From NCBI GenBank assembly GCA_977018835.1, contig OZ361258.1, positions 1,674,001 through 1,738,000 of the forward strand: DNA of 64,000 bases, written 5' to 3'. A program made the position numbers and the translations under genes. This stretch comes from Minutocellus sp. GHC0000111 (lineage: Eukaryota). Every line of letters starts with the position of its first letter. The first letter of the stretch is position 1. Positions 34,628-47,100 of this stretch are shown piece by piece. A model generated the notes under the pieces. That model had not been told where the DNA came from. It did no database searches and was given only the letters and a program-made list of their open reading frames with translations.

Positions 34628-35032
34628 GGCCGGCCAGAAGCCATAAACTGACGGTTCAGCAGAGGCCGGAAAAATGGACTTCGAGGACATTCTCTCCATT
34701 GGGAAAATCACTGCACCGATGGAACCGACTCAAATGCGCTCAAAATATATACCGGAAGCAGGCCGGCCGGAAGCCATAAACTGACGGTTCAGCAGAGGCC
34801 GGAAAAATGGACTTCGAGGACATTCTCTCCATTGGGAAATCACTGCACCGATGGAACCGACTCAAATGCGCTCAAAATATATACCGGAAGCAGGCCGGCC
34901 GGAAGCCATAAACTGACGGTTCAGCAGAGGCCGGAAAAATGGACTTCGAGGACATTCTCTCCATTGGGAAAATCACTGTACCGATGGAACCGACTCAAAT
35001 GCGCTCAAAATATATACCTAGGTACCGGAAGC
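34628..35032. repeat. Tandem repeat, three copies of about 133 bp
   Basis: Near-identical units start at 34628, 34761 and 34893 (GGCCGGCC.GAAGCCATAAACTGACGG...TATATACCGGAAGCA). Confidence 0.95.
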
Positions 35033-35645
35033 AAGCATTATGGGCCCGGTATTCGAACGATGGCGGTGAGACTCGGGATCGTCCTCAATGCAATGTTTTT
35101 GGGGTGTTGACGGCACTACGGATTACCGTCCGGCCATATGGATCGGCGTCATGAACGCACTAATGCCCCCACCGCTGCGTCGCCGACGCCTTTCAATATA
35201 TCGAGGGGGATGATTCGGCGGTCCGAGCGCGTGTCGAAGGGACATGGGCGTCGAACAAGGGCCGAACATGATCACGAGGGCACGAGGCGAAACAGCATGG
35301 CCGAAAGGGGCCTTGTCGTGAAAATTATTTCAGACCCATTCTGCATCAATGCATGCTTTATTCTGCATCAATGCATGCTTTCCCTTTGATATTTATGCGC
35401 TCAGGGGTAGTATGAGCGTATAAAAGCAGTTGGTGGTCGGTATCTATCATGGGAGGCTCACCGGCAGCACATCTTGTGAGGTCGTATCTTCATCTTGAAT
35501 CAATCTTTCGTCCTCTTTCCCTTCCTCTTTTTCTCTCCTTCTTTCTCTTTTCTTTTTATTCAAAATCTCAGCCCCCAGAGCAATACAACTGCCAAATCGG
35601 CCGCCAGCCTGGCTGCATTATTGTGGTCGGACCAGAGCAGCACCG

Positions 35646-36404
35646 ATGCTTCCAACAACGACGGCGGAACGTTGCCGAAAGAAATCGTCTTTCTATCATC
35701 GTCGGTTCAGCGACGTTGCGCCAATGTCAAGCGAAGAGTTACTCGAGCTCCGCGGCAAGTGCAAGCGCGCCAATGAAAACGATGATGGAGAAGCACCGCC
35801 GCCATTGGTCTTGGTCGATGCCCGTTCTGCGCCCGAAAGGGATGTTTCGATGATTCCAGGGGCAGTATCTCTCGGTGAATTTGAACAAGATATCGTCAAG
35901 AAGTTGCCGCCGGATGCCACTGTCGTTGTATACTGCACTATAGGATACCGAAGTGGTGTGTCAGCCAGACGTCTTGGTGAAAAGCATGGCCTCGAGGGAA
36001 GGATAAGGAATTTGGATGGAATCGTCTCGTATACACATGCGGTGGGTGACAACCCAGATGAATCAATACAGCTAGTCAATTCTGAAACTGGTGAAAGAAC
36101 TGACGTAGTCCATATATTTGGGCGAACGTGGGATTGCGTTCATCCGAATTACAAGACTTCGCATTTTGATGTGCCAGAGTTGGCTTTAAGATCATGCCAG
36201 GTTGGCTTGATCTCGGCCCTGAGATTTTCTCAGCATTTCTACTATAAGACAAGAAAGTGCTGTAACTGTGCAGGGAAAGGAGAGCAAATCAATCAAGGGG
36301 TCGAGACTGACTGCGCTGGAAGAATAAGTATGAAACCAATGGAAGTGAAGTGCAACAATGCCCAATTATGTGAGTTGAGTACAATGTACAATTTTTTTTT
36401 TTAA
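35646..36404 (+). CDS. Rhodanese-like domain protein
   Basis: LVLVDARSAPERDVSMIPGAV, active loop VYCTIGYRS, and NLDGI. Confidence 0.85.
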   Translation: MLPTTTAERCRKKSSFYHRRFSDVAPMSSEELLELRGKCKRANENDDGEAPPPLVLVDARSAPERDVSMIPGAVSLGEFEQDIVKKLPPDATVVVYCTIGYRSGVSARRLGEKHGLEGRIRNLDGIVSYTHAVGDNPDESIQLVNSETGERTDVVHIFGRTWDCVHPNYKTSHFDVPELALRSCQVGLISALRFSQHFYYKTRKCCNCAGKGEQINQGVETDCAGRISMKPMEVKCNNAQLCELSTMYNFFF

Positions 36405-36484
36405 ACTAACTTGTAGACGAACTACGTGGCCACTTGTACAATAAATTTAATTGGTCCGCTACAAGGATTATCTATGAAATACAC

Positions 36485-37525
36485 CTAGAACCACCCAAGA
36501 GTCTTGCCTACTGTAACCATCAAGCGTATGCTCTCCTCTTGCAATTTTGGGAATGCATTTGTTGTGTCTGTCTTTGCCTCAGTGAGATCCGATTGCCGTA
36601 GGGCATTTCTCTCCCCTAGTGTGGTCAGGATATTTGTGAACGTAATATTGAGGCCGTCCTTGCTGGAGTATTCAGGGTGGGCTTGGAATGAAAATGCATG
36701 TGGCCTCGGTAGTTCCACCGTGTTGTCCCTGCATCCGGCATCTACATTTTGACGGAATTTCGATGCCTCCTCCGCATTAGAGAAATAGGCTGCAGCCTGG
36801 ATTGGTACGGCATTGTTGCCAAATAGGGGGACTGCACACGGAGGTAAACTCGCAACCATATCACCGTGCGTGTACATGAGCTGGATCTCTTTCATGTTCG
36901 TCTCCGACACGTCTCTCGATTTATGTACGATACTGGGTTTGGCCAGCAGTGTCAAACCCTCCTTTGTCAGAGAAGATGATCGCCTTCCAGCCTGATGTCC
37001 GCGGGGACAAGGTTTGCAGAAACCGCCCTGGCCGCCATGATTAAACGAGTGGGCGTACAGCTGATGGCCGAAGCATACGGCCATCGTTTTTCTCTGCTTT
37101 GCATATATTTCCTCTTGAATTACGCGTTTCAATTGCTCAATCCATGCTGCTGTTTCATAGGCCGAAGAAAATGATCCGGGGATAAGCACGCCATCAAACT
37201 GGTCCCATTCTTTGTCAGCTGGATAGTCCATGACTTGTACCCTGAAAATTGATATGACGATCTCGAAGTCGACAGTTTCGGCAGTTCCAGTTGTACTACA
37301 AGTAAGGGGGTGTGCAGATTGGATGGCGCTGGCAATCAAGGTAAGAAACAGCGCGCCTGTTGCCTCAGTTGGTCCATACGGTGGATGGTCTTCGCAGCCG
37401 AGCATGCAGAGATGAAGAGAATGGTCGCCTTCTCCATCATTTGCAAGGTGTGAATTCGCTGGAATTTGGACAGTGCGACGAAGAATTGTTCTTTGTGATG
37501 GTAACGATGGTGATGAGTCTTTCAT
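36485..37525 (-). CDS. Class I glutamine amidotransferase-like protein
   Basis: FDGVLIPGS, nucleophile elbow VCFGHQ, HGDMV and FQAHPE. Confidence 0.88.
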   Translation of the reverse strand: MKDSSPSLPSQRTILRRTVQIPANSHLANDGEGDHSLHLCMLGCEDHPPYGPTEATGALFLTLIASAIQSAHPLTCSTTGTAETVDFEIVISIFRVQVMDYPADKEWDQFDGVLIPGSFSSAYETAAWIEQLKRVIQEEIYAKQRKTMAVCFGHQLYAHSFNHGGQGGFCKPCPRGHQAGRRSSSLTKEGLTLLAKPSIVHKSRDVSETNMKEIQLMYTHGDMVASLPPCAVPLFGNNAVPIQAAAYFSNAEEASKFRQNVDAGCRDNTVELPRPHAFSFQAHPEYSSKDGLNITFTNILTTLGERNALRQSDLTEAKTDTTNAFPKLQEESIRLMVTVGKTLGWF

Positions 37526-37862
37526 TTTTGGAGCAATCCAAAACAAATATGATTGAATAATTTAAGGGCTTCGTTTTGATAACCCACGCGAACTTTCAGT
37601 GCACCCTTTCGCATTATTCGACGTTGCATCTGGGGATCTGAGGAGAACCTTGAAGAATCCAAGAAATTCGCGAGAATGCGGAACACTTGCGGAGGCGCGA
37701 GCGCGGGGGGCCTCTCATCATAGCAAAGGGTTCGCATGCATGCTGCTGCGAACCCTTTTTGACGCCACGAAAGAGCCGAAGCGAAGAGCAGGAAACAGAA
37801 CTCTTCATACCGGTAATGCGCCTATTGAAAGTAAACCAAGCAACATTATTATAAAAGCCACC

Positions 37863-38528
37863 ATGAACGAGTCATCGATGCAGGTGGTGGCGAGGCTCGG
37901 AAGGACTGCTTCCGTCCTCGCTGGTTTGTTCACTTGCACTTTTGCCCTTGCGCTGGCGCTTGATTTCAATTCACAGACTGGGATTGGTTATGTGGTATGC
38001 TTCTTCCTCCCTCTGGCGTACCTAATCATGACGCTCGCGAATAGTTATCTCGTCAAGGCCCGAAGCGGAGACACCGTCTCAAGCTTTTATGCTGATGCTG
38101 CTCATTCTATTGCCATCGTTTACGCCGTCTACATTTTTGCCTGTTATTACATTCAGCTGACCTTTGTGCGACAGGCCCGAGCCGATCCAATTGCTCTGAC
38201 CGTCGTGGAATATAAACCTGGTTCCGCACTCTTTGCCATTGACATTCTTGGTTACATCCTCTTATCGCTCTCAACGTTGTTTCTGGCATCATCTCTGAAA
38301 GGCACAGGCGAACACGGCTTGATTGGTGCCTTGCGTCTTCATGGTCTGTTCGGAGTAACGTCTATCATTGTTCCATTTCTGCCGATGATTTATTAAGAGA
38401 AATCTAATGGGGAGGCTGGAGATGAAGACTTAATTTGGCAGTTGCCTCTCATCACTTGGTGTGGAATATTCATGCCGTCATGCATTCTAATGGCAAGATA
38501 CTTTGCATCGAGTGCTCAGAAGAAATAA
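37863..38528 (+). pseudogene. Multi-pass membrane protein with an in-frame TAA at 38394-38396
   Basis: Several TM helices (YYIQLTFVR, FAIDILGYILLSLSTLF). The frame continues for 43 codons after TAA and includes one more TM helix, IWQLPLITWCGIFMPSCILMARYF. Confidence 0.65.
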
Positions 38529-38702
38529 ATACCAATTGGTAAGCTGAAAGTGGCGGCCTTAGTCGAAACCAAAGAAGCAAGAGAAACGGGCCAATCTGCA
38601 AATCGACAAAGCGAAATGCCGCCGATAATGTGCACATAAATCTGTTTTATTAGATGCGCCTTTTCTACAACAAGTTAAGTTACATAAATGGGGACATAGA
38701 GA

Positions 38703-39884
38703 TTAAGCTGAATTTGCACCACGGCCATGTGCTTCACGCCAATCCGACTCTGTGACCATTGTCCGCCTGCAAATTGGACATATGTCGTGGTGCTCCAACC
38801 ACAATATTAAGCAATCTTGGTGGAACCGATGAGGGCACTTTGTTTGAGAATTCAGCATGTCTCCCGATTCGAAATCATCCAGACAAATGGCACATGTCGT
38901 CTCGGCTGTATCAGGGGCCTCGTGGGCCGGGAATGCAAAGGACTTTCGCTCGACCGATACATCACCTTCTGCATCCTCTTCGGCTGCATTTTCAGGGAAT
39001 GCAAAGGACTTTCGCTCGACCGGCACATCATCTTCTGCATCCTCTTCACACTTGGCGATCCCTCCCCTTTCCACCCCGTCCGCTTGTACGCAACCCCCAT
39101 TGACTTCATTATCCATGCAAGCCTCATTTTTTGGACCACCACATTCTTCATCTTGCGGCTTTGGCGGTCCCTGATACGGTGCAAACTCTAGCATCTCTCC
39201 AAGCGCAGCTCTCCTCTCTTCTGTGCTGAGCGTTTCTCGGAATGGGACCTCCTCTTCCTGCCCACTCACCACATCTTGTGGAACTATAATCAATCCCATT
39301 GAGTTCATCTGATGAAATGCCGCCCACATGGAAGCTCTGTCTGAGAATTGAGGTGGTTGCTGCTGTTGCCGTTGTTGCAAGCCCCCTCCAGCAGCCGCAC
39401 CTTGCCCACCGTGAGCATGTATATATGCCAACTGTCGCAATTCGAGTTCAGCAGGTGCCCATGGACTTGTCACCAACCCCGCCGCCCTTGCCCTCTGGCC
39501 AGCACTAATCATGGCAATATTATTAGGCGTCGCGTTGAAGACTTCCACCCCCACTCCCTGCGGTTGAGATGCAGCCACCCGAAGCGCATCCATATATTGT
39601 TGTCGCTGTATTCGCCTAATGTCACGCAGTCGTTGTAACGTTTCTCGCTCTTCTCGATAAGCCGCCCTGTCAAACCGAACCCGTACACACGGCACGCCCC
39701 AACAACGAGTGGACGTGCAGCGACAATACCGTGCAAAGAAGGCGGGAATTCCACAACAAAGACCATATCCTACGATCCCAAGAAGGAAAAGGAATATCAG
39801 GAGGTACAATATCACGAGGTACGAATCCGCGTACAGCTCGCTGGGATCAACATCTTGCTCGTGGTCGTCCTGATCCTGGTCCAT
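38703..39884 (-). CDS. Transmembrane RING-H2 E3 ubiquitin ligase (ATL-like)
   Basis: N-terminal TM segment and C-terminal CAICLDDF...CPHRFHQDCLILWLEHHDICPICR. Confidence 0.88.
   Translation of the reverse strand: MDQDQDDHEQDVDPSELYADSYLVILYLLIFLFLLGIVGYGLCCGIPAFFARYCRCTSTRCWGVPCVRVRFDRAAYREERETLQRLRDIRRIQRQQYMDALRVAASQPQGVGVEVFNATPNNIAMISAGQRARAAGLVTSPWAPAELELRQLAYIHAHGGQGAAAGGGLQQRQQQQPPQFSDRASMWAAFHQMNSMGLIIVPQDVVSGQEEEVPFRETLSTEERRAALGEMLEFAPYQGPPKPQDEECGGPKNEACMDNEVNGGCVQADGVERGGIAKCEEDAEDDVPVERKSFAFPENAAEEDAEGDVSVERKSFAFPAHEAPDTAETTCAICLDDFESGDMLNSQTKCPHRFHQDCLILWLEHHDICPICRRTMVTESDWREAHGRGANSA
38929..39046. repeat. 66-bp-period tandem duplication inside the RING gene
   Basis: Encodes EEDAEDDVPVERKSFAFP and EEDAEGDVSVERKSFAFP. 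Confidence 0.85.
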
Positions 39885-40226
39885 GATGGGCGGCCGCTCG
39901 TTATCGGTCAACCTAATATATGATTAGTATGGATGGGTAAAGCACAACCTCGGGCTGGGGGAGGGATACTGCGCAGCAGCGTGTGGCTGAACGAACGGCT
40001 GGCTTTATGGCCGGCCAAAGGCGCTGGCCTCTTGTGCGCCTACATGTAGCCGCCCGCGTACCGTGCGTACGCTACGTACGCTACGCATACGGTGAGCGAA
40101 AGCAGCAGACAGCAAATTTCTGAATGAATCATTTTACAAAATCTTGCTTTTGGATTTCATTCCTCCTTCTCCTATGTTTCAGGGTTTGAAGGCGCCGGCT
40201 ACACGTTGTAGATGATCTTCTAATTA

Positions 40227-41392
40227 TTACAGATCATCTTGAAGATGAAATGAACTTTTGCATGGGTGGGACTTACCCGTCATCCAATGCCGCAATTTCG
40301 TAGCGCCATTGCCGTCTTTGGACAATTCACTCACCATCGATGCCGTCGGCTCGAAACCGCCATGCATACAGATCCCTCCCGTATGGTCTCGGAGAATGTC
40401 CATCATGACTTCGTGATTCAAATCGCCATCATTATATTTTCCCATTAGAGCAACCCCACACATGAGACGGGAGGAATCGTCCTCATCATCCAGCACGCTG
40501 TCACTGCTGTAAATTCGAGCAAAGTCAAAGTCTCCCTTGCCGCTCCAGAACTTATTTTCGATGGCCGATGATTTGAGATCATCTGAGGACAAATCAAAAG
40601 ATGTTCTGATTGTCAACCCGTTGGATATATTGTGCCTCCCACTAGCAACACGCTTGGCAGCCCACTGCTTCCCAGCTGTTTCGAGAATCCAACTTTGAGA
40701 TACAAAAAATAAAAGGTATGGAGATGGTGTTACCAAAAGGTCCAAATTAATAGCCCAATGCACGAACCACAACCACTGACAACAGCCAACGCACGCACTC
40801 ACCCTTCATCGATATCACAGATAAGAAACGAGTTGTGATACGTAAACGATGGATCATTTTCAGCACAGGGCCCGCCTTGACCATGTATCTCGAGCAGATG
40901 CGTGATGACATCGAGCGCCTCTCTCGATGTTTTACCTCGTTCGAGACCCAGACGAACAAGATCCATCCCCAGCAACGCCCTGTCTTCCGAGTCAATCTCA
41001 ACCTTTGTCCATACAGCCTCGTTGCCGATTACAACTCCATGTTCGTTGGCTCCCATCTCCGCACCATACATCCAGTCGATCTGACTTAGCAGAACGGCGT
41101 ACGTTCGTTTCACTTGAGGTATGTCAATGTAGGTGCAGGACAGCATTGGGTTCTGATTTAGATCGTGCTCAGCTGCTGGGTATCGGCGGATTGATTGGCC
41201 TTCCCCCCGCGGCCTGTCGCTGTTCTTTCCAAAGATGACAGTCCCGACCGATGCGGCCGGTGGATAGGCCACAAAGGTGTCGCAACCCACAGGGCCGAGG
41301 CGAGTCGACTTCGACGTGCTCGCTGATTGACAGCGGCCAGAGGTGACAGCGAGGGAAGCGGCCATTGTGGTAAATGGTACTCTAAAGAGCAT
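40227..41392 (-). CDS. Secernin / peptidase C69 family; intron 40693-40802
   Basis: [47 protein letters not shown] and YHNSFLI|WILETAG. Confidence 0.92.
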
Positions 41393-41745
41393 CAAGGTGA
41401 TATGCCTGGTCAAGGGATGGGCTGGATATGAGGTCCAGGTTAGAAGGTGTATCCTTCGGAGCGGGGTCGGGTTGCCACATCTTTGCAGCACATCGCACGC
41501 ACGACATAGAAGATTTCTCTGAGAACCCGGAGGCCCAGAAGTGAGTCGTCTGCGCGCGCGAGGCTGCAGCTGCTGCAGCCGCCCCGCCGCACACAAACCA
41601 AAGCAACTCAACGGATCGCGACTTTCTTCGTTGCAAATGGTTGATGAAGGTGCTCGATGCTCGATGCTCGATCTCATCCAACGCAAATCCGGAAAACCAT
41701 TCTGAACGAAAAATCACAAAAAAAAGATATTCAACGCCAACAAAG

Positions 41746-42570
41746 ATGGTTGTTCCGATGGAAATCAAGACCGTCGCCGTTGCGGATAGTCTTCTCGACG
41801 GTGTGGAAGAAGAGGTCAACTCTCCTGTTGATCGCACCGAAAAGATCCAACTTTCTACTTTTCTGGATCCAGCGATATCCCCCGAAAATCTTCTCAAGGA
41901 AATCGATGCAACCCGTGATGATGACAACAACGAGAGCATCGTCAATGCCAACTGTCACGACGGTGATCGTCTGTCCACCTGCTGCTTCGATATTTACACC
42001 TCTGTCTGCGACCGAGGCATTGACAAAATTCTGTGCAAAACGGACGATTTTCTCAATGTCGAAAAGTTGGCCGAGTACCTCTGCGGGACCGAGGGGGATC
42101 CGTGCTTCGACGTAGACTGCAACACTAATTGCGGCGATTTGATCATGAAGGATGCCGACCACGGTGGCGATGATGATACCTCCTTCCACTTCAATGTCCA
42201 ATGTGGAAAGCTCGGCGATGCCGGTATAGAGATCAAACAACAGGAAATCGAAAACAAAGAGGAGGAGGATGTCATTGCTGAAAATCCAATTGGCGGGAAA
42301 GTAGTCGACGGCACTGCCAACATCTCAACGGACGAGGTTACCGGCAATGAGAGAGCACCCCCGAAGGAAGGCGAAGACGACATTGTCAGGCTGCAGAGAG
42401 AGATTGAGGCACTTGAGATCGAAAAGGAAAGGGCCGACGAAGCAGCCGCTGTTGCCAAATCGTCCAACCTGAAGAAAGAACAACCAACGAATCAAGATGA
42501 GCGCATTGCCTGGCTAAAGACCGAGTTCGAGCGCCTGGAACAGGAGTATGCCGCTGAGAAAATGAATTAG
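41746..42570 (+). CDS. Hypothetical acidic protein with a C-terminal coiled coil
   Basis: Long ORF with protein-like composition; no family recognised. Confidence 0.55.
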   Translation: MVVPMEIKTVAVADSLLDGVEEEVNSPVDRTEKIQLSTFLDPAISPENLLKEIDATRDDDNNESIVNANCHDGDRLSTCCFDIYTSVCDRGIDKILCKTDDFLNVEKLAEYLCGTEGDPCFDVDCNTNCGDLIMKDADHGGDDDTSFHFNVQCGKLGDAGIEIKQQEIENKEEEDVIAENPIGGKVVDGTANISTDEVTGNERAPPKEGEDDIVRLQREIEALEIEKERADEAAAVAKSSNLKKEQPTNQDERIAWLKTEFERLEQEYAAEKMN

Positions 42571-42942
42571 GTGAAGCAGACATCTACAGCTGCCAAACAT
42601 TTCCTCTTGATACTGCACGAGCCGAAAATTACATTTCAAATACATTTTGTTTTGATTATGATATTTTCCCCTTGCAAATCGTTATCCTATTTGCAATGGT
42701 GCGTTATGAAGTTCGTAGTGGAGCTGTTCGAATCGAGCCGTCCTCGTGTACGGAATCGAATCGAATCGTATTTTTTCGTTTATGAATGTGTGCCAGCCCT
42801 CGTTCTTCGAGCATGTTTTGATATATGAAATATATTTGTGTACCATGGGAACCTCTGCAATGAAATAAACATGCATTTTTGCCGCATGCTTGTGTTATGC
42901 ACAGCCTCCCCTTTTCCCCGTGCCCTTCGCTTCAAGCCCCCA

Positions 42943-43674
42943 TCACTCATTCCGTTTGCGTCGAAACATGCTTTTCAACCTCTTCCAGAAAGTCCGGAAG
43001 ACAGTCCTTCTGTCCTTTTTTTTGCCCTCCAATTCAATCCTTCTTGAGCGTTCTGCTTCTAACTCTCTTTGCATGGCTTCGGACTGTCTCAGTGCAGCAT
43101 CACGTTCCTGTATAATATTTGCCTTGAGACTAATATACTCTCGTTGCACATCAGAGCGCATCAATTTGGCTTCGTGTTGGATCGATTGTTTGAGATTTGC
43201 AATGGACTTCGCAAGCGCGTCCTTTTCATCCAGCAGTGCCTGTTTCTCTTTTTCCCAATCTATGCGCATCTTCATTAAGCCTTCTTCGACGCTGACACCA
43301 ACTCTAATGGTAGCATCGTGTACCATCGCTTCTGAATCGGATGTACGTGACGAGGATGACAACTCGTCATCTTGAAGTTGTGTCTGTAATTCTGTTATCT
43401 GAGACTGCAAAGCCGCTATTCGTTCCTTGTATAGGCGCTTGTTACTCTCGTTCTTTCTCTGGACGTACTCGAAGGACTCGGTCAGCTCGGCAATTTCGGC
43501 AAGGAGTCTATCAGACTCGTGACTGTCGACTATTATTCCTTCTGTATCTTTCCCTTTATCGGCCAGCCACAAGCTAGTGCTAGACCTCGTCGATAATGTC
43601 GCCAAAGGAAATGACAACACACCGCCAGCCACCGAGCAAATCAAAACAATTATAGAGACGCAATCGTACTTCAT
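42943..43674 (-). CDS. Hypothetical coiled-coil protein with a signal/plastid-type leader
   Basis: Hydrophobic leader ending VLSF, a Ser/Thr-rich transit-like region and a heptad-rich body. Confidence 0.65.
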   Translation of the reverse strand: MKYDCVSIIVLICSVAGGVLSFPLATLSTRSSTSLWLADKGKDTEGIIVDSHESDRLLAEIAELTESFEYVQRKNESNKRLYKERIAALQSQITELQTQLQDDELSSSSRTSDSEAMVHDATIRVGVSVEEGLMKMRIDWEKEKQALLDEKDALAKSIANLKQSIQHEAKLMRSDVQREYISLKANIIQERDAALRQSEAMQRELEAERSRRIELEGKKKDRRTVFRTFWKRLKSMFRRKRNE

Positions 43675-44177
43675 ATTAGATTCTGATGATACCTTCCACA
43701 GCTATTCTATTGAAGAGGAGATGAGTGCTGCAAGATGAAAGATATAATCGTTTCGAAATGCCTTGGTCGCCGGTCGCTTTGCGCTCCCAGCGCTCACCGC
43801 CCGCCGATTCCTGCGACGAAGAGATTGCTCTGCGCAATAGCAGCCTGAGTCCCGTTCAAGTCCAAAACCGAGGTAGTTCGCTTTTGCTTTTTTGCATCGA
43901 AGCACTTCTCCACCCTGAGACTGACCTCTTCCTTCTTCGGTGCGCCAAGGCAGCTCTGTTCAAATTGCGATGGTGGGAATTCCTCCGGGTTTCTTCCCTC
44001 CGCATCCGTATCCGATGCAGCAGCGCAACCCGGAGGGTATCGAGAGATCCATGGTCATTACCGGTAACCGCGGGGTAGAGTTTATTCCTACCGGTAGATC
44101 TACCTGACCTAGACGATGATCTGTTACAGGTAAGGTAAACAGTTAATGTTATGATATTACTCTGAAGCAAACAAACA

Positions 44178-47100
44178 TCACCAGAAAGCCATCCGCTCTT
44201 TTTGCCGAGACGAAACAAAGGTGCTCATACCCTGAGAACGAAGAAATACTTCCAACACCAAATCAAAATCATTGGGATTGAGAGCAAATATTGTGTCCTG
44301 GCAGATGGGACCATCGAGAGAACATTTGGTTCTACCAGCAGAGCCCGACTCTTGGAATAGAGTCTGGCCCATCAACAAGGGCATGTACCTTTCTTCTGCT
44401 CGTAGGCGCTTTATGGAGAAGAACCGATCTTCATCAAAAAGGACGCTACATTCGTGAGAAGGAGTGATGGATTGATCGGGATGCTTTTCCTCAATCCAGT
44501 AGCAGCATGATCTCGTTCCAGAAAGCAGCTCAATGATGAAATCTTTGCAGAGCTCCTTTACTGCTGCAAATTGTGCTTCACCATTCGATGAGCCCGCCAC
44601 CATCATTCCATTGGAAAGTTCCGCGGCACCGCCTCCACTCGTCTGCGAAAATGGCCTCAATGGACTGTCACAGCGCCAAGTTGGGCCCTGCATTTTACAT
44701 CCAAAAACATTTCCCAAAGTCTCGGCGAGGAAAAGAACCTGGGAGCGAAGCATACCTGGATCCATGCCCTCTTCGTTCGAGAGTCGGCTGGCAAGGATGA
44801 CTCGTCCGACATCGAGGTCAACCAGTGTCACATCGTCTGGCAAAGAGTTTAGAAGGACCATGCTATCCTCACCCTCAGATGGAACACCGAGAATGAATGG
44901 AGCCGGGTAGTGAATTAAATCTCTCGCCATAGACGCCGGCACAAGCGGCACGAATAGATGCGACCAAGTCAACGGATTCAAGAGAGATCGCAATGCTGTC
45001 GTCGCTGAAACTAAAACGCTTCGTCTCCTCGAAGATACAATAATCTTTTGCTCCAATAGAAGAGTAACGAACAACAGGGCAAGAGGGATAGGTGGCAATG
45101 ACTCCAAAAGCTCTGCGCCGGAAGTGGCGGCAAACTCCCGGCTCTGTTCCGATGGCAGCTGTGGGATCCAGCGGGAGCTCCCGTAGCCCAAATACGGTTC
45201 GAGAATGCAATTCAGAGCTACCTTCTCAACGTCAAGCTGCGACAGTGTGCCGAGTATGTCAACGAGAAGGTCGCATACTCTCCCGGGCTTTCCATCCGCG
45301 AGATGACTGCCACCAACCTCTCCTTCAATGCTGGTCGCAACGTTGGTGTAGTCGTCAAAAAATTGCGACAGTGTATCCCTCATGGCAGGGATGGAATTGC
45401 GGCCACTGAGAAGGGCAATACCGACCGTTGCGCCGATTCCACCAGATGCTTTGCGCTTTTTAACCCTCTCGGACCATCTCATCTCACTGAGGCGCCTATT
45501 GAATTCAGGAGTCTGGGCCGAGACGCGAATTTTGCGAAGAATCTCATTCGTTTCCTTCCCGTCTTCTCTCTTTGGGCGCGACACGGTGATTGGCGACAAA
45601 AAGGACACTTGATGATTTGGTTTCGAAGGGGTTACGAATTGGCTATCATCTTCACCGGATGCAGTATTGGTTTTGCCAGGAGTGCTTCCTTCAGAAGCAT
45701 CGACGTATTCCAATTCAGTGGTGTACTTTGGTAGATCTTCATTCAAGGAGCTTCCATCGCCCGCCCCCTCATTGACAATTTGGTTGAAGACAAGAGAAAC
45801 CCCATATATGAAGGGTCCGTCGTCAACATCATCTTCCGATACAGCACCCGGGTTCGAATTCGGTACCATGAAATTGACAAGCGATATCTCCCAGCCGTCA
45901 GCACTTAAACGTCCCTCGTCGATAATGTCGGCAAAAGGCAACTCGCGTATTGGGGGAACGACAGCATAATTTTCGAGCGTTGGTGGGATGTCATTTTTAT
46001 CGAGGGCGGACTCATCGGACTGGCCTGGAAGCTTGACGCATGTGAAACGTCGCACAGCACCAAAATCAATGTTGGCGGAAGAGTCAAGCCCCAACACCCG
46101 GCCGGTGCTGTCCATACCATCATCGTTGCCAAAGACGATGGCATACTCGGCATTCACATTTTGGATGGAAGGCACACTTGACTTCTCGGCGCTTTCTGCG
46201 CCTGTGGTAGGCGATGAGTCGGTTGGCTTCGAAGGACGTGGGCTTGCATCTAATCTCTGTGGTCGGTGCTGAGAAACGCCCTTGGGCAATTCCACTCGTC
46301 GCATGAGACGGGTGATTGATCCTTTCAGCATGGGGTAGATGCCTTCCGATGGAGCTTCCTCTTGGCTGGAAAGATCGGCCGGAGGAGATAGGGCGCGCCT
46401 CTTCGCCCAACGGTGAACTTCACCACACAACCACTCATGGAACATGTGAGCATGGTATTCTGGTCGGGTTGAGATAGCATATTCTTGCTTCAGCTCTTCG
46501 GCCAGCTTTTCGAGTGACACCTTCAACTCAGTGGAAGATACAATTGCATAGACTATCTTGCGCCCCGTTTCATCACTGATTACTCCTGCAGACCGAGTTT
46601 GGTCTTCGACAGACACCGCGCCTACCAGAGCTCTGCGCACATCATTCAGTAAACAAAATAGTCTCTCTGACTCTTCGGAGACAGTCTCCGCCAGAATTCC
46701 TCCAGCAGGCGCGACATAAACTTCCCAGAGCTGCTCGCATGTAGCAATTACTGATCGGTAGCAGGCACGCTCATTGTCATTGTTGGCATTGTCCTTCTTC
46801 CGCTGTTGGATCATATTTTGCACTTCGTCAATTGTGGGAAGTAAAGTACCCTGAATAAACACTGCAGACGCCAAGCCACCAGCCGATCCCAAAATTCTTG
46901 TCTTGTCCTTGTCTGGAACCGGCATCCCCTGCCTCTCCTCTTCACTTTCCCCGTCCATTTCATATCGACAGATGAGATGCAACAGTGCAAAGAGAAAGTG
47001 ATTGTGGGCATGCGCACCAGAGCCTGACGCCGACTGCCGACGGCGAACGTTGATTGTCCCGTTGATCACGGGACATAGCGGAACATTGACATAGGGAGCA

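Noticed and set aside
34628..35032. CRISPR array
   Set aside because: The units are contiguous and near-identical with no unique spacers, there are no cas genes, and the context is eukaryotic.
21576..38528. Stop-codon reassignment (TAR=Gln, TGA=Trp) as the explanation for the in-frame stops
   Set aside because: Very long ORFs (1936 aa, 1155 aa) contain no internal stops and all three stops terminate genes normally. Simple transitions explain the cases.
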